From Octopus sinensis (lineage: Eukaryota), in NCBI RefSeq assembly GCF_006345805.1, contig NC_042999.1:130758001-130822000 (forward strand): DNA of 64,000 nucleotides, in the 5' to 3' direction. Below are positions 1 through 14,804 of the stretch, in pieces; position 1 is the stretch's first letter, and every line of letters starts with the position of its first letter. A model generated the notes under the pieces. The model was not told where the DNA came from. It did no database searches and saw only the letters and a list, made by a program, of their open reading frames with translations. The position numbers and the translations under genes are program-made.

Positions 1-361
1 AGAGAGAGAGAGATGCAAAACAAAACAAAAAGTGTAAGACATCGAAGTGAAAAGATACGAAGTAACGATAAGAACGTGGAAAGAAATGTAAAGAACAAGC
101 GACAGTCTGAAACCTAATATTTTTTGTGCCCTATAAGAAATGCACATAAATTGAAACACAGTCTTTTATTTATAGAATAAATTAGATTTGGAAATATGTA
201 TTCACGTTTGCTGAACTTAATCCTTCACATGGTCGTGCAGTTGGGATATAAACAAGGCATCGCTCTCTCGGCACTATCACTGCTTGTTTTTCTTTTTTTA
301 GGGGAGTGATGATTCTCCCCACCCTCCTAGCCAATATCAACCTCCATTCAATAAAAAACGT

Positions 362-992
362 GTTAGTTCAAATTCCGCCGATGTCCACTTTTTCTTTCAT
401 CCTTTCGGAGTCGATAAATTAAGTACCAGTGGCGTACTGGGGTCGATCTAATCGATTGGCCCCCTCCCTCAAAATTTCGAGCCTTGTTACTAGAGTAGAA
501 ACGAATAATCGTATTAAACGTATTAATTCTTTCTAATTCTGGCACAAGGTCAGCAATATTTATGGGAAGGGCCAGGTTACGTATATTGACTCTAATATTT
601 GGCAAGTACATTATTTCATTGACCCCGAAAGGATGAAAGGCAAAGTCGATCTCAGTGAAAGGCAAAGTCGATCTCAGTGGAATTTGAACCCAGAAAATAA
701 AAACGGAAGTAATGCCGCAAAGCATTTGGTCCTACTCGCTAACGATTCTACCAGCTTGCCGCCTCTACAATTCTTTCTCCTAAATGCACAGGACCTGAAA
801 TTTAGGGGGCAGGGATAAGTCGATTACATCGAGCCCAGTACTTGACTAGCATTCTATTTTATCAACCCCCCCAAAAGGGTGAAGGATAAAGCCGAACCTC
901 GATAGAATTTCAACCTTGAACGTAAAGAGATGGAAGAAATGCCGCGAAGCGTTTTGTCCGGCGTGCTAACGATTCTACCTGCTCGCCGCCTT
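362..992. mobile_element. Three tRNA-derived SINE family-A copies (362-509 +, 530-762 -, 765-992 -)
   Basis: B-box-like gagttcaaatt and the conserved core gaggtcgactttgcctttcatcctttcggggtcgataaa. Confidence 0.85.
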
Positions 993-1144
993 CTCAGTTT
1001 ACGTACTAATAATGTCTGTCTTCCATCCTTTTGGTGTCGACAAAATAAGTACCAATCATGTACTGGGTCGATGAAATCAGCTGTTCCCCTCCCCAAAAAT
1101 TTCAGCCCTTGTGCCTATAGTAGAAAGGATTATTTAAATATAGT

Positions 1145-1545
1145 AAGGTGGCGCCCTGGAAGAATCATTGGCAATGCCAAAGAAAATGCTTAGCGGTATT
1201 TCGTCTGCCGCTACGTTCTGAGTTCAAATTCCGCCGAGGTCGACTTTGCCTTTCATCCTTTCGAGGTCAATAAATTAAGTACCAGTTACGCACTGAAGTC
1301 GATATAATCGACTTAATCCGTTTGTTTGTCCTTGTTTGTCCCTTCTGTGTTTAGCCCTTTGTGGGTAGTAAAGAAATATGTATTTCTCTGCTCTTAAAGT
1401 TTTGAGTTCAAGTTCCGCCGAGGTCAGCTTTGCTTTTTCATCCTTTTGAGGTCGATAAAATAATATACTTGTCAAGTAGTGGGGTCAATGTAATCGACTA
1501 GTCCACACCCTCAAAAATCAGACCTTGTACTAATTAGCAGAAATA
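1145..1545 (+). mobile_element. Composite SINE-A: younger body and tail inside an older copy
   Basis: ggtatttc at 1195; tail gggtagtaaagaaata, then tgtatttc at 1379 and a second, more diverged body. Confidence 0.85.
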
Positions 1546-2831
1546 GTCATTTAGATACCTTAAATACAGTGAGTGGTTAACAACTTCATGAGTATAATTT
1601 CTATCACCCAATCAGATGTATGAAGCCTTGTCAGCGATCGTGTATGTATGCGAGCGTGCAAGGAGCCGCAAGTCATGGAATCGATATTTTACTACTTGCT
1701 GAGGGAAATATATTGAAAAGTACTTCAGCTGTTATATTGATAGATGCAAGCTGTTAACAATAATCCCATGTACCTGTAGACGCGGTGTCATTTATAGTAC
1801 GTAAATGAAATGTACATTTTGTCCCTTTCTATGTTAGTGTCGTCACTTCCGATTGTTAGCTTTATTTTTGTATTTTACCTTTACTTTTTGGCATTCTATA
1901 ATATCTAACACACACACACACGAGTGTGAGTTGTAAAATTATCCGTAATGCATTTATAACATTGTCACCAGTGACGATTTACCTGGAAAGTTTTCACCTT
2001 CATTACAATCGTGATTCAAAAGTCGCTAACATAATTCAAAAATGATCTTATTTATGTAATTCTATGAGTTGTTTAGGGACTCATCATGAAAAACTTTATT
2101 AAAGCCAAGTCTCTTAAAGATAAATTCAGAGCTGACAGAACCGTAGCTAAATTTGCATGTTTATGCGCCGGCTCGTCAACAGTCGCTCGTCTTTACAACA
2201 GAACCCATCAGCACAGGATGTGGTGGGGCGTTTAAATTCTTTTTTGATGCGTGACATTTTTCGACCATTAATTCCGTAGTGGCTAAAACTCTATTCCTAT
2301 ACTTCGGTGTATTTCGGGCCCTGTTACACCTTCACTGTATACAGAGCGGATCATTGAATGCTGCTCTTCTTTGGGGCAAACAGCAAGAAGTGCAGCTTTG
2401 GTTAACATAATAAGAAAGGCAAATTAATCGACGTTTCGAATTTTAACCACCGTTTCATTTTGTTGCTATATCTCCTCAATCAAGTTAAGTTCCTAAATTT
2501 TCAGATTAAATGCTTTCTGGATCATTAGTTGAGAAATGCCGTTTCAGAAAGCTTGGCTAGATTGAAAGGTTTTATGCCACACAAGACATTGTAGGAAGTC
2601 TTCTTTCTCTGCTTTTACTCCGGTGAAATCAATTTTAATGTATTATTGATTCATTATATGGTATTTTTTAACCACCTGGTATCACAATTGCTATGAGGTA
2701 AAAGTAGCTTGTAAATTGAATGCGCAAATAGGTTCAACGAATTCATCTGTGTTTAAACGACGTTGCACTTTTAATAAGCTTACAAAATGGTCGTTTTCGA
2801 CCAATTCAACATATTTAAAAATCAAATATAA

Positions 2832-3060
2832 ATATTGATTTCAAATTTTGGCACAAGGCCAGCAATTTCGGGAGAGAGTTAAGTCGATTACAACGACACC
2901 CTTCCCTCCATTGCTCAACTGGTACTTAATTTATTGATCCCGAAAGGATATAAGCAGAAGTCGACTTCAGCGGAATTTGAACTCAGAACATAAAGACAGA
3001 CGAAATGCTGCGAAGCATTTTGTCCGGCGTACTGACGATTCTGCCAGCTTGCCGCCTTAA
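2832..3060 (-). mobile_element. SINE-A, old tail type
   Basis: Core and head motifs present. Confidence 0.85.
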
Positions 3061-3201
3061 AAGCAAATGTAAATACTAGGAACTTTCTGCGAGTGCGAAG
3101 TTTGTTGGCTTCAAATGCGAAAAACAACTTGTGAAGGAAGCAATGAACAAGGAAAATAACTATGAATGGAATTAATTACTGTACAGTGATGGTGCTTACC
3201 A

Positions 3202-3240
<39 letters not shown>

Positions 3241-4889
3241 ACGCGCGAATAAGTCTCCTAAGTAATAACAAATATCATAAATAGTATGTAATAATAATAT
3301 TAATAATTTTTGAAACCCAAGAAACAACATTCTGTGCCTACACAACAATAGTTATATATTGGTATCGACAGAAAGAACTGCTGGTTGAAACACTGCCTAC
3401 TTTTGAGCTTATAAGAATAGCTTAGCGACGAATGCAAGGAACCGTCTGTCGTAGTGTAAATAAGTTACTCCTGGGTCAATGAGAAAGAGTTTATTGACGT
3501 ATAGACGTATATAATATGGTTAATCTAGCTCGGTTAACGTTAAACACCAAACGGATAAAAGTTTTTCATAAAGATTCGCTGCTTCAACAGGGAAAAAGAT
3601 ATAAAAATTATCTTGAAATCAGATTCACTGGTTCAGAAGGCGATATAAAATTTCTAATGTTTTACTCAAACTGCTTATTGTGCTATTGTTTACCGCCTAA
3701 ACAGAATAGCTGCATTAACTTCTAGTCACAAAACTATAAAACCTTACAGTTGTCCTAACTGAGAGTTAAATCTTTCATTGGTCATTTTATTGCTTTAAAT
3801 CAATATGGCGTTTTTCTAAATATTTGCATTGTAAAACGTTCGCCTGACTGTGTCTTATTATTTGGGAGGTGGTAAATGGACATTTCCAATTATCTAAAGC
3901 AACGAATATGCCACATAATACACATTTCCAGTTTGTAAAGTGTTGGGTTTGAGGCAAAGGTTATAACAACAAAAATTACTCAGCGTATTGGCTAAAACAG
4001 GAAAAAATATATAGATTACAGAGAAATCTTACAGAATTTCCTTTCTCGCTCTTAAAAGTGAACCGACATTTAAATTTCAAACAACAAAAAATAGTAAAAA
4101 GAGAAGAAAAGGCAGAACAAAGGAGAAAAGGAAGTACGATGAAATAATTTTCAAACATGATATAAACAGATTAATTACAGTAAAATGGAAAGAAAACTAG
4201 AAATACTACAAGATGAAAGAATACTAGAGTGGAACCTCTGGTCAGAAGAAGTTTGAGAAGTTCAGCTACCCACTTTGTTCTCTTTGTTCTGACTTAATTA
4301 TAATTTCAGTTAACTAGTTGACCTAGTGGTGTCACAGATAGGTCAATTCATTTAAATATAAATGTTAATCATTAGTATATCTCGTAAAAAAAGAGTATTG
4401 TAACTTAATGCAAAGGGTAATAATCACTCTTTCCAAATGTGTATTAAAGGACAGCGATAGATTTTATTAAATTTTGTCTGAGCCTTGGTGCTGCACGCAC
4501 AAAACAACTCGACAGCAACCAAAGAGCATAAGATTGGTTGGTTAAGTTTCTTTCAGTAACACAGTTGAATTATCATCTCATAAACAGATTGTCTCTCCCG
4601 GCCTCTCCCCCCTCTCTCTCTCTCTCTCTGTCTCTCTTCTTCTGTTACTTTAGTGGTCTCCGCTCCTCTCGTACCGCCTCTAATCAAGTCAGCCTGTCTT
4701 TCCTCTACTCATCACGTTTATTGTATTTCACACACCCGGCCTATTTGCTTTGTAATTCCTCTCGAGAACTGCAACCACCTGCAATCCTCTATTCACGGTT
4801 TAACTATCAATTTACAGTTTTATTATATTAGATATTTTTAAATTTATTTTGTATTTTAGGAGAACTTTATGGAATAAAACTAAAATCGT

Positions 4890-6620
4890 ATTGGATTCAA
4901 ATAAATGCTTATCTGCCATTTTTTAGCTTAACCAGGTTTTACGTTTTTTCATAATGTGAAAGGCTTTCTCCACTGTGCAAACTGTTTGGCATAATGGTAA
5001 AGCAATAAGAATAGCATGTTTAAAAGGAAAATATCGGGATCATTGCGTTTGAGCGAGTCCTGAAGTCTGTTTCCACAACCATTCTCTTCTTTGTTCCTTT
5101 CTAACCAGATTTAAGACTAAAGCAAGAGACTACTTCAACTTTCAAGTTTTCAATTTCAGTTCAGTTTAATGACCTTAACAAACTGCTTCAGTAATTCTTC
5201 TTTTGTAAGCTTCGCTATTTCTTGTGAATCAAGTGTAAGCTTCGCTATTTCTTGTGAATCAAGAGACTGGAAGTTTGTTTATTTTCTGCAGCAAATTAGT
5301 TTTCCAATAATGATATGAAGTGTAAGTAAAATATGGCACATGGACTGGCCTACCAAAATATTTTACTGCAGTTGAGCCACTAACTTTGGAACGGAATGCT
5401 CTGTCAACCATAATGCCAGGAAAGGGTTGGCTCGACATTAAATTTTTCCGCCAGTTGTTGAATTTTTTATTAAAAAAAAAACTTCCTTTGAATTGTTCTG
5501 CTTTGGTTTGGGATTATATAACACATTTAAGAGTCCTTGGATATGATTGTTTACATTCGTTACATCAGACTGAGACGTTTCAAGAGTTTGTGTCAGAGAC
5601 TTGTTTTATTTGGAAAACACCATACGTAACTAGTTAAAAGTTCTTTCAAAGTTAATAGAAAAAACCTACAATTTGCAGTCTAATGTGTTCTACCAAGTAT
5701 TACCATACTTGGAATAAGAGATGTCTTTGGTCTCTCATGAAAAACAAATTATTGATAGCTTTGACAGAGTCTCTAAAATGACTTGTGTCAGGGTCAACAT
5801 TAAAGTTACTCACAACAAAATTTAGTTTATGTGCAGGCCAATAAACAAATGCAACTTTTGGATATTTGCATCCAATTCATTTTGTATCGTCCGGTCAAAC
5901 AATTCCTTTTGAGTAATATTATTAATCCAACTGTGTCAAAAGAGGGTATGTCATGTGAAAATTCCTGCTTCCCAGAGAGATTAGTTCTTTCATTAGCAAT
6001 TAATTGAAAATCCAGGTGGAACTTTGACCACAGAAACAATATCCTCTAATTTCTTCGTACAAATTTGATCAACCCGTTTTCCCCTTCGGGTAGACATGTA
6101 ACGGTCAACCAAAAGATTTTTCTAAATGGTTTTCCAACGTCTTATCTCGACTTCAATGAGGCTTTGTATATTCCCAGTCGTGATATTTTCCCTACGTAAA
6201 GGGATGCCATGAATACCCCATAATTAAATGGTTGAAAGTACTGGATATGCTCTCTTTCGATTTCCCTCTATCAGCTGTTTCACAGCATCGTCAAACTAAT
6301 GTATAATGCTCTTTTTCGGTTTCTTCTGATAGCCATAATGTTTGTCACATCTACTTCAGCATTTCTGTGCAATATGACTGGTAATATGACTCTTTGCAAA
6401 ATTATGCTACTTAATATGCTTTATAAAAAGATATGATGTTAAAATCATTTTGTGACTCATAATATAACAAGCTGGAGAAGTTGCACAATACTTGAAAACT
6501 GTTCTTGTCATGTGTTAAGAATAAGTATGCCACAGTGAATATTTACTTAACCACGCGTAATGGACATTTTATGGTCCGGTACCATTGACACCAATGAAAC
6601 TAGAATATGCACGTTGAATA
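4890..6620 (-). pseudogene. Decayed hAT transposase (ZMYM1-like)
   Basis: Hand-translated pieces: IHC-like motif near 6540, SLTQTLETSQSDV, and the dimerisation-domain motif CTVEKAFHIMKKRKTWLS near 4900-5000. Confidence 0.55.
5900..6400 (-). mobile_element. Heavily decayed RTE-like LINE fragment inside a hAT remnant
   Basis: Fragments such as VILPVIL and GNIQSLIE...RRW, in the order expected for an RTE ORF C-terminus. Confidence 0.35.
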
Positions 6621-8019
6621 CAGTCAACTGTTAAATCTAGCGTGGAGCCAGAGCCGGGTCAAGATTTTGTAGGTCTCTGAGCTACAAATACCGTGAGGCT
6701 CTCAATAATATTTTAAAAAGCTCTTCTGGAGGTCCTCTAAATGATGGAGATCCCTGGGAGCCAGCCCTTGATGTATGCACCCTAACCCAGCACAATGTGG
6801 GGTTGATTCTTTGTTATTTTTTTAATTCTATTTTCAACTTTATTCTAGTCTCGATATCTGAAGTTTCACTTTCATTCAATTTCCTCTTTTTCATAAACTT
6901 TCTGTTGTCCATATTTGAAAGCAAAAGTTAAAAACAAATTTAGATTGTCCTGCAAACCAGCAGTCATGCTTAAGTCATGTTACTGTGACATTAGCGAAAC
7001 GATAACGAATCTTAATATTAATTAGTAGTCCTGTAGCAATATTTTTGAACCAATACTTTAATATTTCTTAAGTTGACAATATGTTACAGTGGGGTCCTGT
7101 AATTAGTCGGTTGTACATCAACTGATATTTTTTAAGAGTCTCAAGTCATAACAGTTCATGTAATGTTACACATTCTAAGCTGTTACTGTCCTCAGTAGCC
7201 TTATAACCGTAGCCACAGTCAAATCAAATCACATTTTAAAAGCTCGGATGTATAAATGTTTGAGAATCACTTCCCTGTTACCCAATAACGCAGAAAAGTA
7301 ACAAATCTTCTTTGTTTAACTTATGGTAGTCCGGATATTTGTGAATAGTGTGCTACTTAATGTATAGGTTTGTGTACAGATGCACTTACACTTGTGTAAC
7401 AGATGCGTTATGTTACTTAACAACTGCTAAACTTAAGCGAGTTGCGTTTGGGTCGCGTTTGTTAGTACCTACATAATCACAGATAAATAGTTTAGATACA
7501 CGTACACATATAACGCCTTTAAAAGCTGTTTATATCAACAATATGTTTTTTAAAGTGGGGTGTATAGCAAATACTATTAATCTCCCATGTCGTAGCTAGA
7601 ATGTGTGCCCCTATAACCACCACCACCACCACCACTACCACCGGGCAACCCTTGAGTTTTCCGCCTCCCCACTCCCAGTCCCTGGACCATTACAGCCTAT
7701 GCAGATTTATAGAGCAGACCCCAAAATGCAGCCCCCATAAAAGGGTCGGCCGGGACAGACCGCCCCCCACGTCATTAACTAAGTTACTGTTAACCTCATT
7801 ATTTAACTAAATACTTTATCAATCCCATAGCGTAAAAGTAAAAATCGACCCGGACGTAACTCAATAATACAGCAAAGCATTTAGTCTGCGCTTATTGGTT
7901 CTGCCACGCAAACCTGCTACCAGTAATATGCGCTGATAAAGTTTTATGAAAGTAATACAGTATACGAGTCACATTCACACACACACACACAGAGGCAAGC
8001 AGCCGGGTTGGCAGAAAGA

Positions 8020-8422
<403 letters not shown>

Positions 8423-9001
8423 ATAGACACATATTCACACTTTAACACTTATACATGTACTTTTAAACACATTTACAAATTACATTTAGTTTATTAAATA
8501 AATGACACAAATAACTATTTGACACGAAAGTCGGCAATGCGCTTTATTATTCACATATATAAAAGGAAAACCCTGTTTTCTTTGTCTTGGCACACCTACG
8601 ACCACACGTCATTTGTTAAGCTTGAGTTGATTGTTTTTGTTTTTAAAAGACGTTGACTTAATTGTTTTTAGTTTCTTGTTTTCTTTTTCCGAGACACAAT
8701 TACAGATTTTCAACGAAGTGTTGGGTTACAATCATTAAAGTCTTTCTCTAAATTATTGATATTTACTCTATCAACCACAGTTGATTGGCTGAAAAAACAA
8801 AATCGAGCCAGGCTAGATTTGAATTTAATAAAATAGATACATTTTGGTTTTAGCTTCCTCCAGCATCCTGATAATAGTAATAATTATGATTTCTCTTGAC
8901 AATTTTTATGATTTCGCATGACAATTTCTTTTAAATTTCTTTGAAATAATATTTTTAAAAAAACATTTAAACGATTTAATTCATTTCATAAGATACTGGT
9001 A

Positions 9002-9522
9002 TCGTAAATCCTCGAGTATAGTCCACCCTTGAATATAATACGCAAGGGATTTTTAGGGGGCTGTACCTCTGAAAAAACTAAACCTTGTGTATGATACGCA
9101 CCCCTTCTCTAACTTGAGTCAAGGAGGTCTATATAACGTCCTTGGTTTGTAAAAATGTATACGGTATCGTCCTTTATTATTATTGAATATATAATATAAT
9201 GCAAACGTGTAGCTTTTTTGAGTATTTTGTTTGCAGAAAATAAAGAAATAACAGTAATAACAGTAATAACGTTTAATAAATGTTGCTTATTGCAAGTTAT
9301 GGATGATTCTTTTATGACTTCATTGCTTTCAGGCTTAGCTTAAGGTATTTTCGTGCCCGACATCACAAAATGCGTCTGAATAAACATTGCCGGACAGCAA
9401 ATAGAGACTCGGACATTGCTTAGAAAATAATTTTCATTTTTAACCTCGTGTATAATACGCACTTGGGAATTTTGACCTTTAAATTTTGGGGGAAAATGCG
9501 GATTATACTCGAGGATTTATGG
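9002..9522. mobile_element. Non-autonomous Tc1/mariner-type MITE
   Basis: TIR (c/t)cgtaaatcctcgagtata / tatactcgaggattta(c/t)gg, with TA on both sides. Confidence 0.88.
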
Positions 9523-10858
9523 TACGCGTTTTATCAATCTTGCATCTTTAATTTAAATCTTGTAATGATTTTGTGCACGTTTGCTCGCCGGTATCGCCTA
9601 AATTGTAATAACAGTGTATAGCAAATAGATGAGAGAAAGAAAAATATTAGTTAAAATGGCTCTGTATTTTCATCGTCACAGTGTAAGTTACAACTTCTTC
9701 GAGTTGTTGGTATACGCAGATTAATTATTTATTTATTTGCCTCTGGCCTGTAAGTGTTATTTCCTATTTGCTTCAGTCTAGAAATCAAAGGAAATGACTA
9801 CTATTCCCTTCAAACTTCGCTTCTGTGACCTGGACATCAATGATTTGAAACTGACCTATTCTCCATTACATTTCAGACAGATTCAGCACTGAGTTGCTGA
9901 AGTAGAAATATCGCTATAGCAAATATTCTACTCAATACCACAGATTTGCTTCTCGGTTGCTTGACCATAACCATTTGAGCATGTCTCTTAGTGGTTGACA
10001 ATATATGTTCTCTGGTCATGAGCAGGAGTAGCGGGGGAGCATTATAGCCATGTGTTGTGAGGGATTCTTTAGGGATTTGATTAAATGTTACAAAAGCAAA
10101 GTTTGAAGAAAATATTTCTTGAGGTAAGTAAATAGGAAATAATAGTTGCTACCCAAGGACAAAAATTATGTTATACAGTGTTATTTGCCATTCTGTTATA
10201 CATTCTGTGGGTAGTTCAGTTAATTTTTTGTGACTGCTAGAAGAATAGATGACGGAAGGAGAGAGAAAAAGGGTAAGACGATTTACCTCTGTGTGTTGAC
10301 AAGTAGAGAGGTTGAAAGTTGTATAGTCGCGCGACGACAACCCATAAGCAAATGGAGAAAAGGAGATGCTCTTCGGCTATACAATAAGCGACCAAAAAAG
10401 GTAAAACCGATTTTAGGTTGTCTTTTATCTGTCCCTAATCAACTCGAAAGGTAACAGGTTAACAATTGACACTCATAAATCTCTTAGTACAAAAGCCGAG
10501 AGAACAATAAAAAGGAACTGGTAGAAAAACCTGGGCTAGGTTTCGAATCTTCGTTAATAATTTAGGAAGGTATTCGTTATCATTTTTTTTTTTCTATCGA
10601 GAGATAGAGAACTAGCTCGGGTAGGCCCGAAGGAACGAAACAATTATTCAAAAGAAGGACCAGAACTAATTAAATCGATCATAAATATTTTGCTGGTACG
10701 TTTAATGGACTCCAGCGAGACGGAAGGCAAATTCGACCCCAACTTTATCAGTTACCTCGATACTAAATTTCACGAGACGAGTTTCTTTACATGCTTTTTA
10801 TCTTTCATCTTATCTAATTCATTGGAGTATATTTCACAACGGAGACTCTTGTAACCTG

Positions 10859-10890
<32 letters not shown>

Positions 10891-12581
10891 GGTGGTGGTG
10901 TGTATGAGGTGGGGGGCTGTAGTTTAACCCTAGGTAAGCCCTGGTTATTGACAGACAAATGGGATGGAATTTAGTTTTAAGGCGTTTTAACAGCGATCAT
11001 TCCGTCATTTATTCTAGCTAGTTATATTAAGCTCCCTCCAGTCTGAGAGAGCTTTAAACACAACCCCTCTTCTTCCGACTAAACTTTCTTACATTGTCTA
11101 AAGGTCATATATCTATAGATAAGTTGATTGAATCGACTGTGAACTGCTACTTGTATTATCAACTTGGGAGGAAAGATTTGAAAAGTCAAGATGCGTAGAT
11201 ATGAAACTAAAGAGACGTAAATGCTATAAAAAAATTTAGCCATTCTATCACTATCAGTTCTGCCATGAACTGTTCTTTGCTCTTGTGAACTCTGAAAGAA
11301 ATCCTCTCTAATGATCAATAATATTACGTCGTTTAGATACCACTGCAGATCTGCTCTTCATGTAGCTGTTCAAGGAACAATACATTGGACATGAACCCAG
11401 CACTGAAAGCTAAACAAATAAATTTTATAGTACCGCTGATATCACTGAACTACTCTCCCAGCCTTAACTTCGTTGAACTCTATTGAGTTGGATGCTGGGT
11501 GTTGTGATTCGGCCGCAAGTACAAGGCAATGGTTGCCATAATAGAATCTCTGTATACCTGAACTAGCAACTAAATATCCCTTATTTTACGTACCCCCTAT
11601 CTCTTTAAAACAAAAGGTAAGAACGCATTAGATAACGTAATGTAGCACACACTCTCCCATAAAAGAAGATCGTATTTGCTGTTGTTGTTGTTAAGCAACA
11701 AGACGGGTAAGGGCGATTAGATGATGGTCTAGGACTTAGGGGCGGGAGACTCCAGACCTTGGAAAAAAAAACTTTGGTCGTCTTGTTGTAGTTGAGGGCT
11801 CTTCGTTGACGCCCGACACCACTGGGAGGTGGCTCTCGAAGTCGCTGGAAATGGAGATCTCCAGGTCCAAATTCTTGGACGGATCGTATTTGCTTGAATA
11901 CATTTGATCATAGGTCTAATCAGTTAGAACTTACTAGGGACTAAACGATAACTCAATGGCAGGAACAGTTTATGAAACGTTCAACGATACTCTGCTGCTC
12001 GATTGCCCAAACTCTTATTTTTCTGAATTGGAAGATTCATTTATCAACAAAAATATAACTATATCAAATAGTAAAGACAGAGTAGCTGGTTATTCATGCC
12101 AGGCGATCTAATATTTGCTTCACATAAAAAAAAAATTGTAGTTTCAGTAAGGATTTATAGTGATGTAATAGCAAAATAGACCGAATATTCACAATAAGAA
12201 AGGAAAGAGGGAAGTTAAATCACAAAGTAAAGATTAATTCACAAAGGTTTATTTAGAAGGTTGTACTCAAAAGTAAAGACTTTCGTGTGAGGATGAATAA
12301 GGAGCTTTGTTTAAAATGATGTGGGGCATAGCATTGATGAGCCAGCATAGGATTACCCATTGTGCGATTGTAATTCCTTTGCACGAGTAAATTAAACAGG
12401 AACAGACGAATAAGCCAACAGCTGAATACTTATATATCATATTACGTGCGTGCGCGCGCACGCGGGTGTGAGTGTAAAGGTATATATAATTAAGAAACGT
12501 ATATATGATAATGATATATGCATGTAGTAGTAGTTGTTGTAGTTACAGCAACAGCAGCAGTAGCAACAGCGGCAGCAACTT

Positions 12582-12640
<59 letters not shown>

Positions 12641-12879
12641 AGGTGTCTGCAAATCAACAAAGAATAAAAGTACTCAAGGCAGTATTTATTATTTCATATT
12701 ACAAAGTTACTAACTTGCAAAGTTTCATCGTAAGTTTTTAGTGGCACTGATACTATATACATACGCATATATACGTGTGTGTGTGTGTGCATAGGAGGAG
12801 AGAGAGAGAGACAGACAGACAGAGGCTTATAACTTTCAGAGTTGAAACCGATTCCAATAAGAGACATCTTTCATTAAAA

Positions 12880-14130
12880 ACATTTTAACCCTTTCTTCAA
12901 GTTTTCAATGCACTTTTCATTTCCTTCAAGTTTTTTCAACAAAGCCTTTTCAAATTGAGATACAATTATACAAATGTTTCGTTCTACATTTGCAATCAGG
13001 TTTTTCATTTTTTGTTTTTTTTTGTTTTGATATCTAATGCGTTGGCATTGTCCTTATTCACGGTCCGAATTGCTTTGTTGAAGAGTCAAAGGCAAAGCTG
13101 AGCTATCCATGTACAGACCATTTATACATTTTTTCAAAACCATTATCAATTCTGTGCAGTGTCTTGGAGACAAAAGTAGGATCTAAATAAGTTTTCGGCT
13201 ACTAGTAATTCTGTTTTACCATTTAGTTCTCCCATATCGCAATAGCATTTTATATTCCACTCTGGCAAAGTCGCAACATTCTTTTAGCTATGTTACATGA
13301 ACTTTGTGCATGTGAAAAAACTAAAACTTTCGTAACAAGTGCTTTGCTATGAAGCATAAAAAGCTATTCAGACACGTTTTTGTACAACATGTATAACCCA
13401 ACCCATGCTAACAGTGTCTTATCCAATTTTGTTCTATAATCGGATATAAAAATGTTGTTTTTCCTTTTCTGTGTTCATTGACAAAAGTGTTGTTACAATA
13501 GTCTCCAGAAAATCCAGCAACTTTTTACATAAACCCGTATTTGTTAATAACCGAGGTTAAGATCTCAGTCGCCTTATTTGGGTCCACTCCCTCTGCGCGG
13601 CACTTTGGGCAAGTGTCTTTACTTGGATCAGCCAATGCGTTATAAGTGAATATTTGGTAGACGGAAATCGTACAGAAGCTTGTCACACGCGCACACGCGC
13701 GCGCGCGCACACACACACGCACACACACATACACATAAACACACATATGCATGTGTACTTACATGTGTGTGTGTGTGTGTACGCATGTTTGAGTCGGTAC
13801 TTACATTTGTTTATGTCCATCAACTTAGCGGTTCGACAAGAATATTTCGATAAAACAACTACCGAAATTTATAGCACACGTACTGGAATAGATATGACTA
13901 AGTCCCTGACAGCAGTGTCACAGCATGGCTGCAGTGCAGTGACTGAAGCCAAAATGTCCAAAATAACTTCACTTGTACTTCCTGATCAGGAATTAGTTCC
14001 GAATAATGTAAAAGGTATCATCTCTTCAACATCTTTATGGTTCGAAGTAACAACAGAAATTGTCACAAAGTTTGTCACTTGCTAGATATTTATCTAGCTC
14101 AGACTTAGCCATCGGCACTATTACATTCAA
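12880..14130 (-). pseudogene. Decayed hAT transposase, interrupted by a SINE
   Basis: Pieces SNHKDV, GFSGDYCN...GKNNIF, LKECCDFARVEYKMLL...TKW, RSYF, FNKAIRTV in the canonical order. Confidence 0.6.
13545..13955 (+). mobile_element. Old SINE-B inserted in the hAT remnant
   Basis: gggcaagtgtctt core; cagcatggctgcag tail. Confidence 0.7.
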
Positions 14131-14345
14131 AATAATGGAGAAAGAATTAAAGAATTTAAGATTGCCACTTCCTTTTCTCTTTCATTTCATAAAAGAAAGA
14201 AAATATATATAATTTTTTTTTCTGTTTAGCCTTTAAATGTTTATAACGGTTCCATGAAATCTATTTTCAGTCTTAGTCGCAATTTAGTTTCGTTCGCTTA
14301 GTTCTTCCATTTAGTGCTCATTCTCTTTTTAATTGTTCTGGGTAT

Positions 14346-14562
14346 CAAGGCGGCGAGCCTAGCGGAATCGTTAGCACGCCGGACAAAATGTTTAGCGGAA
14401 TTTTTTCCGATTCATTACGTTCTTAGCGCAAATCCCGCCGATGTCAACTTTGCTTTTCATCCCTTCGGGGTTGATAAAACAAAGTACCAGTCAACCACGG
14501 GAGTTGATGTAATCGACTTGCCCCTCCTCTCAAAACTGCTAGCCTTATACCAGAATTAGAAA
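14346..14562 (+). mobile_element. SINE-A, old tail type
   Basis: Core and head motifs present. Confidence 0.85.
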
Positions 14563-14804
14563 GAATTGCTCTAGACTTTATCTAATCAGTTCTGGTTGGC
14601 TGGAAGGTTGTAGCCTAGGCAGTATTTGAAAAAAAAACTGTACTTTCCAAAATTGTTATGGCACGTTTAACCATATTAATCATATGTCACATCTTGTCTA
14701 ACCGTAACCCTATATGTTTTGAAGGACACAACTGTAGGGAAGTAATGGAGTTATAACTATTAAAGAATTTTAATCGAGCATAAAGTTAACAAGCGAAGAT
14801 GTAA

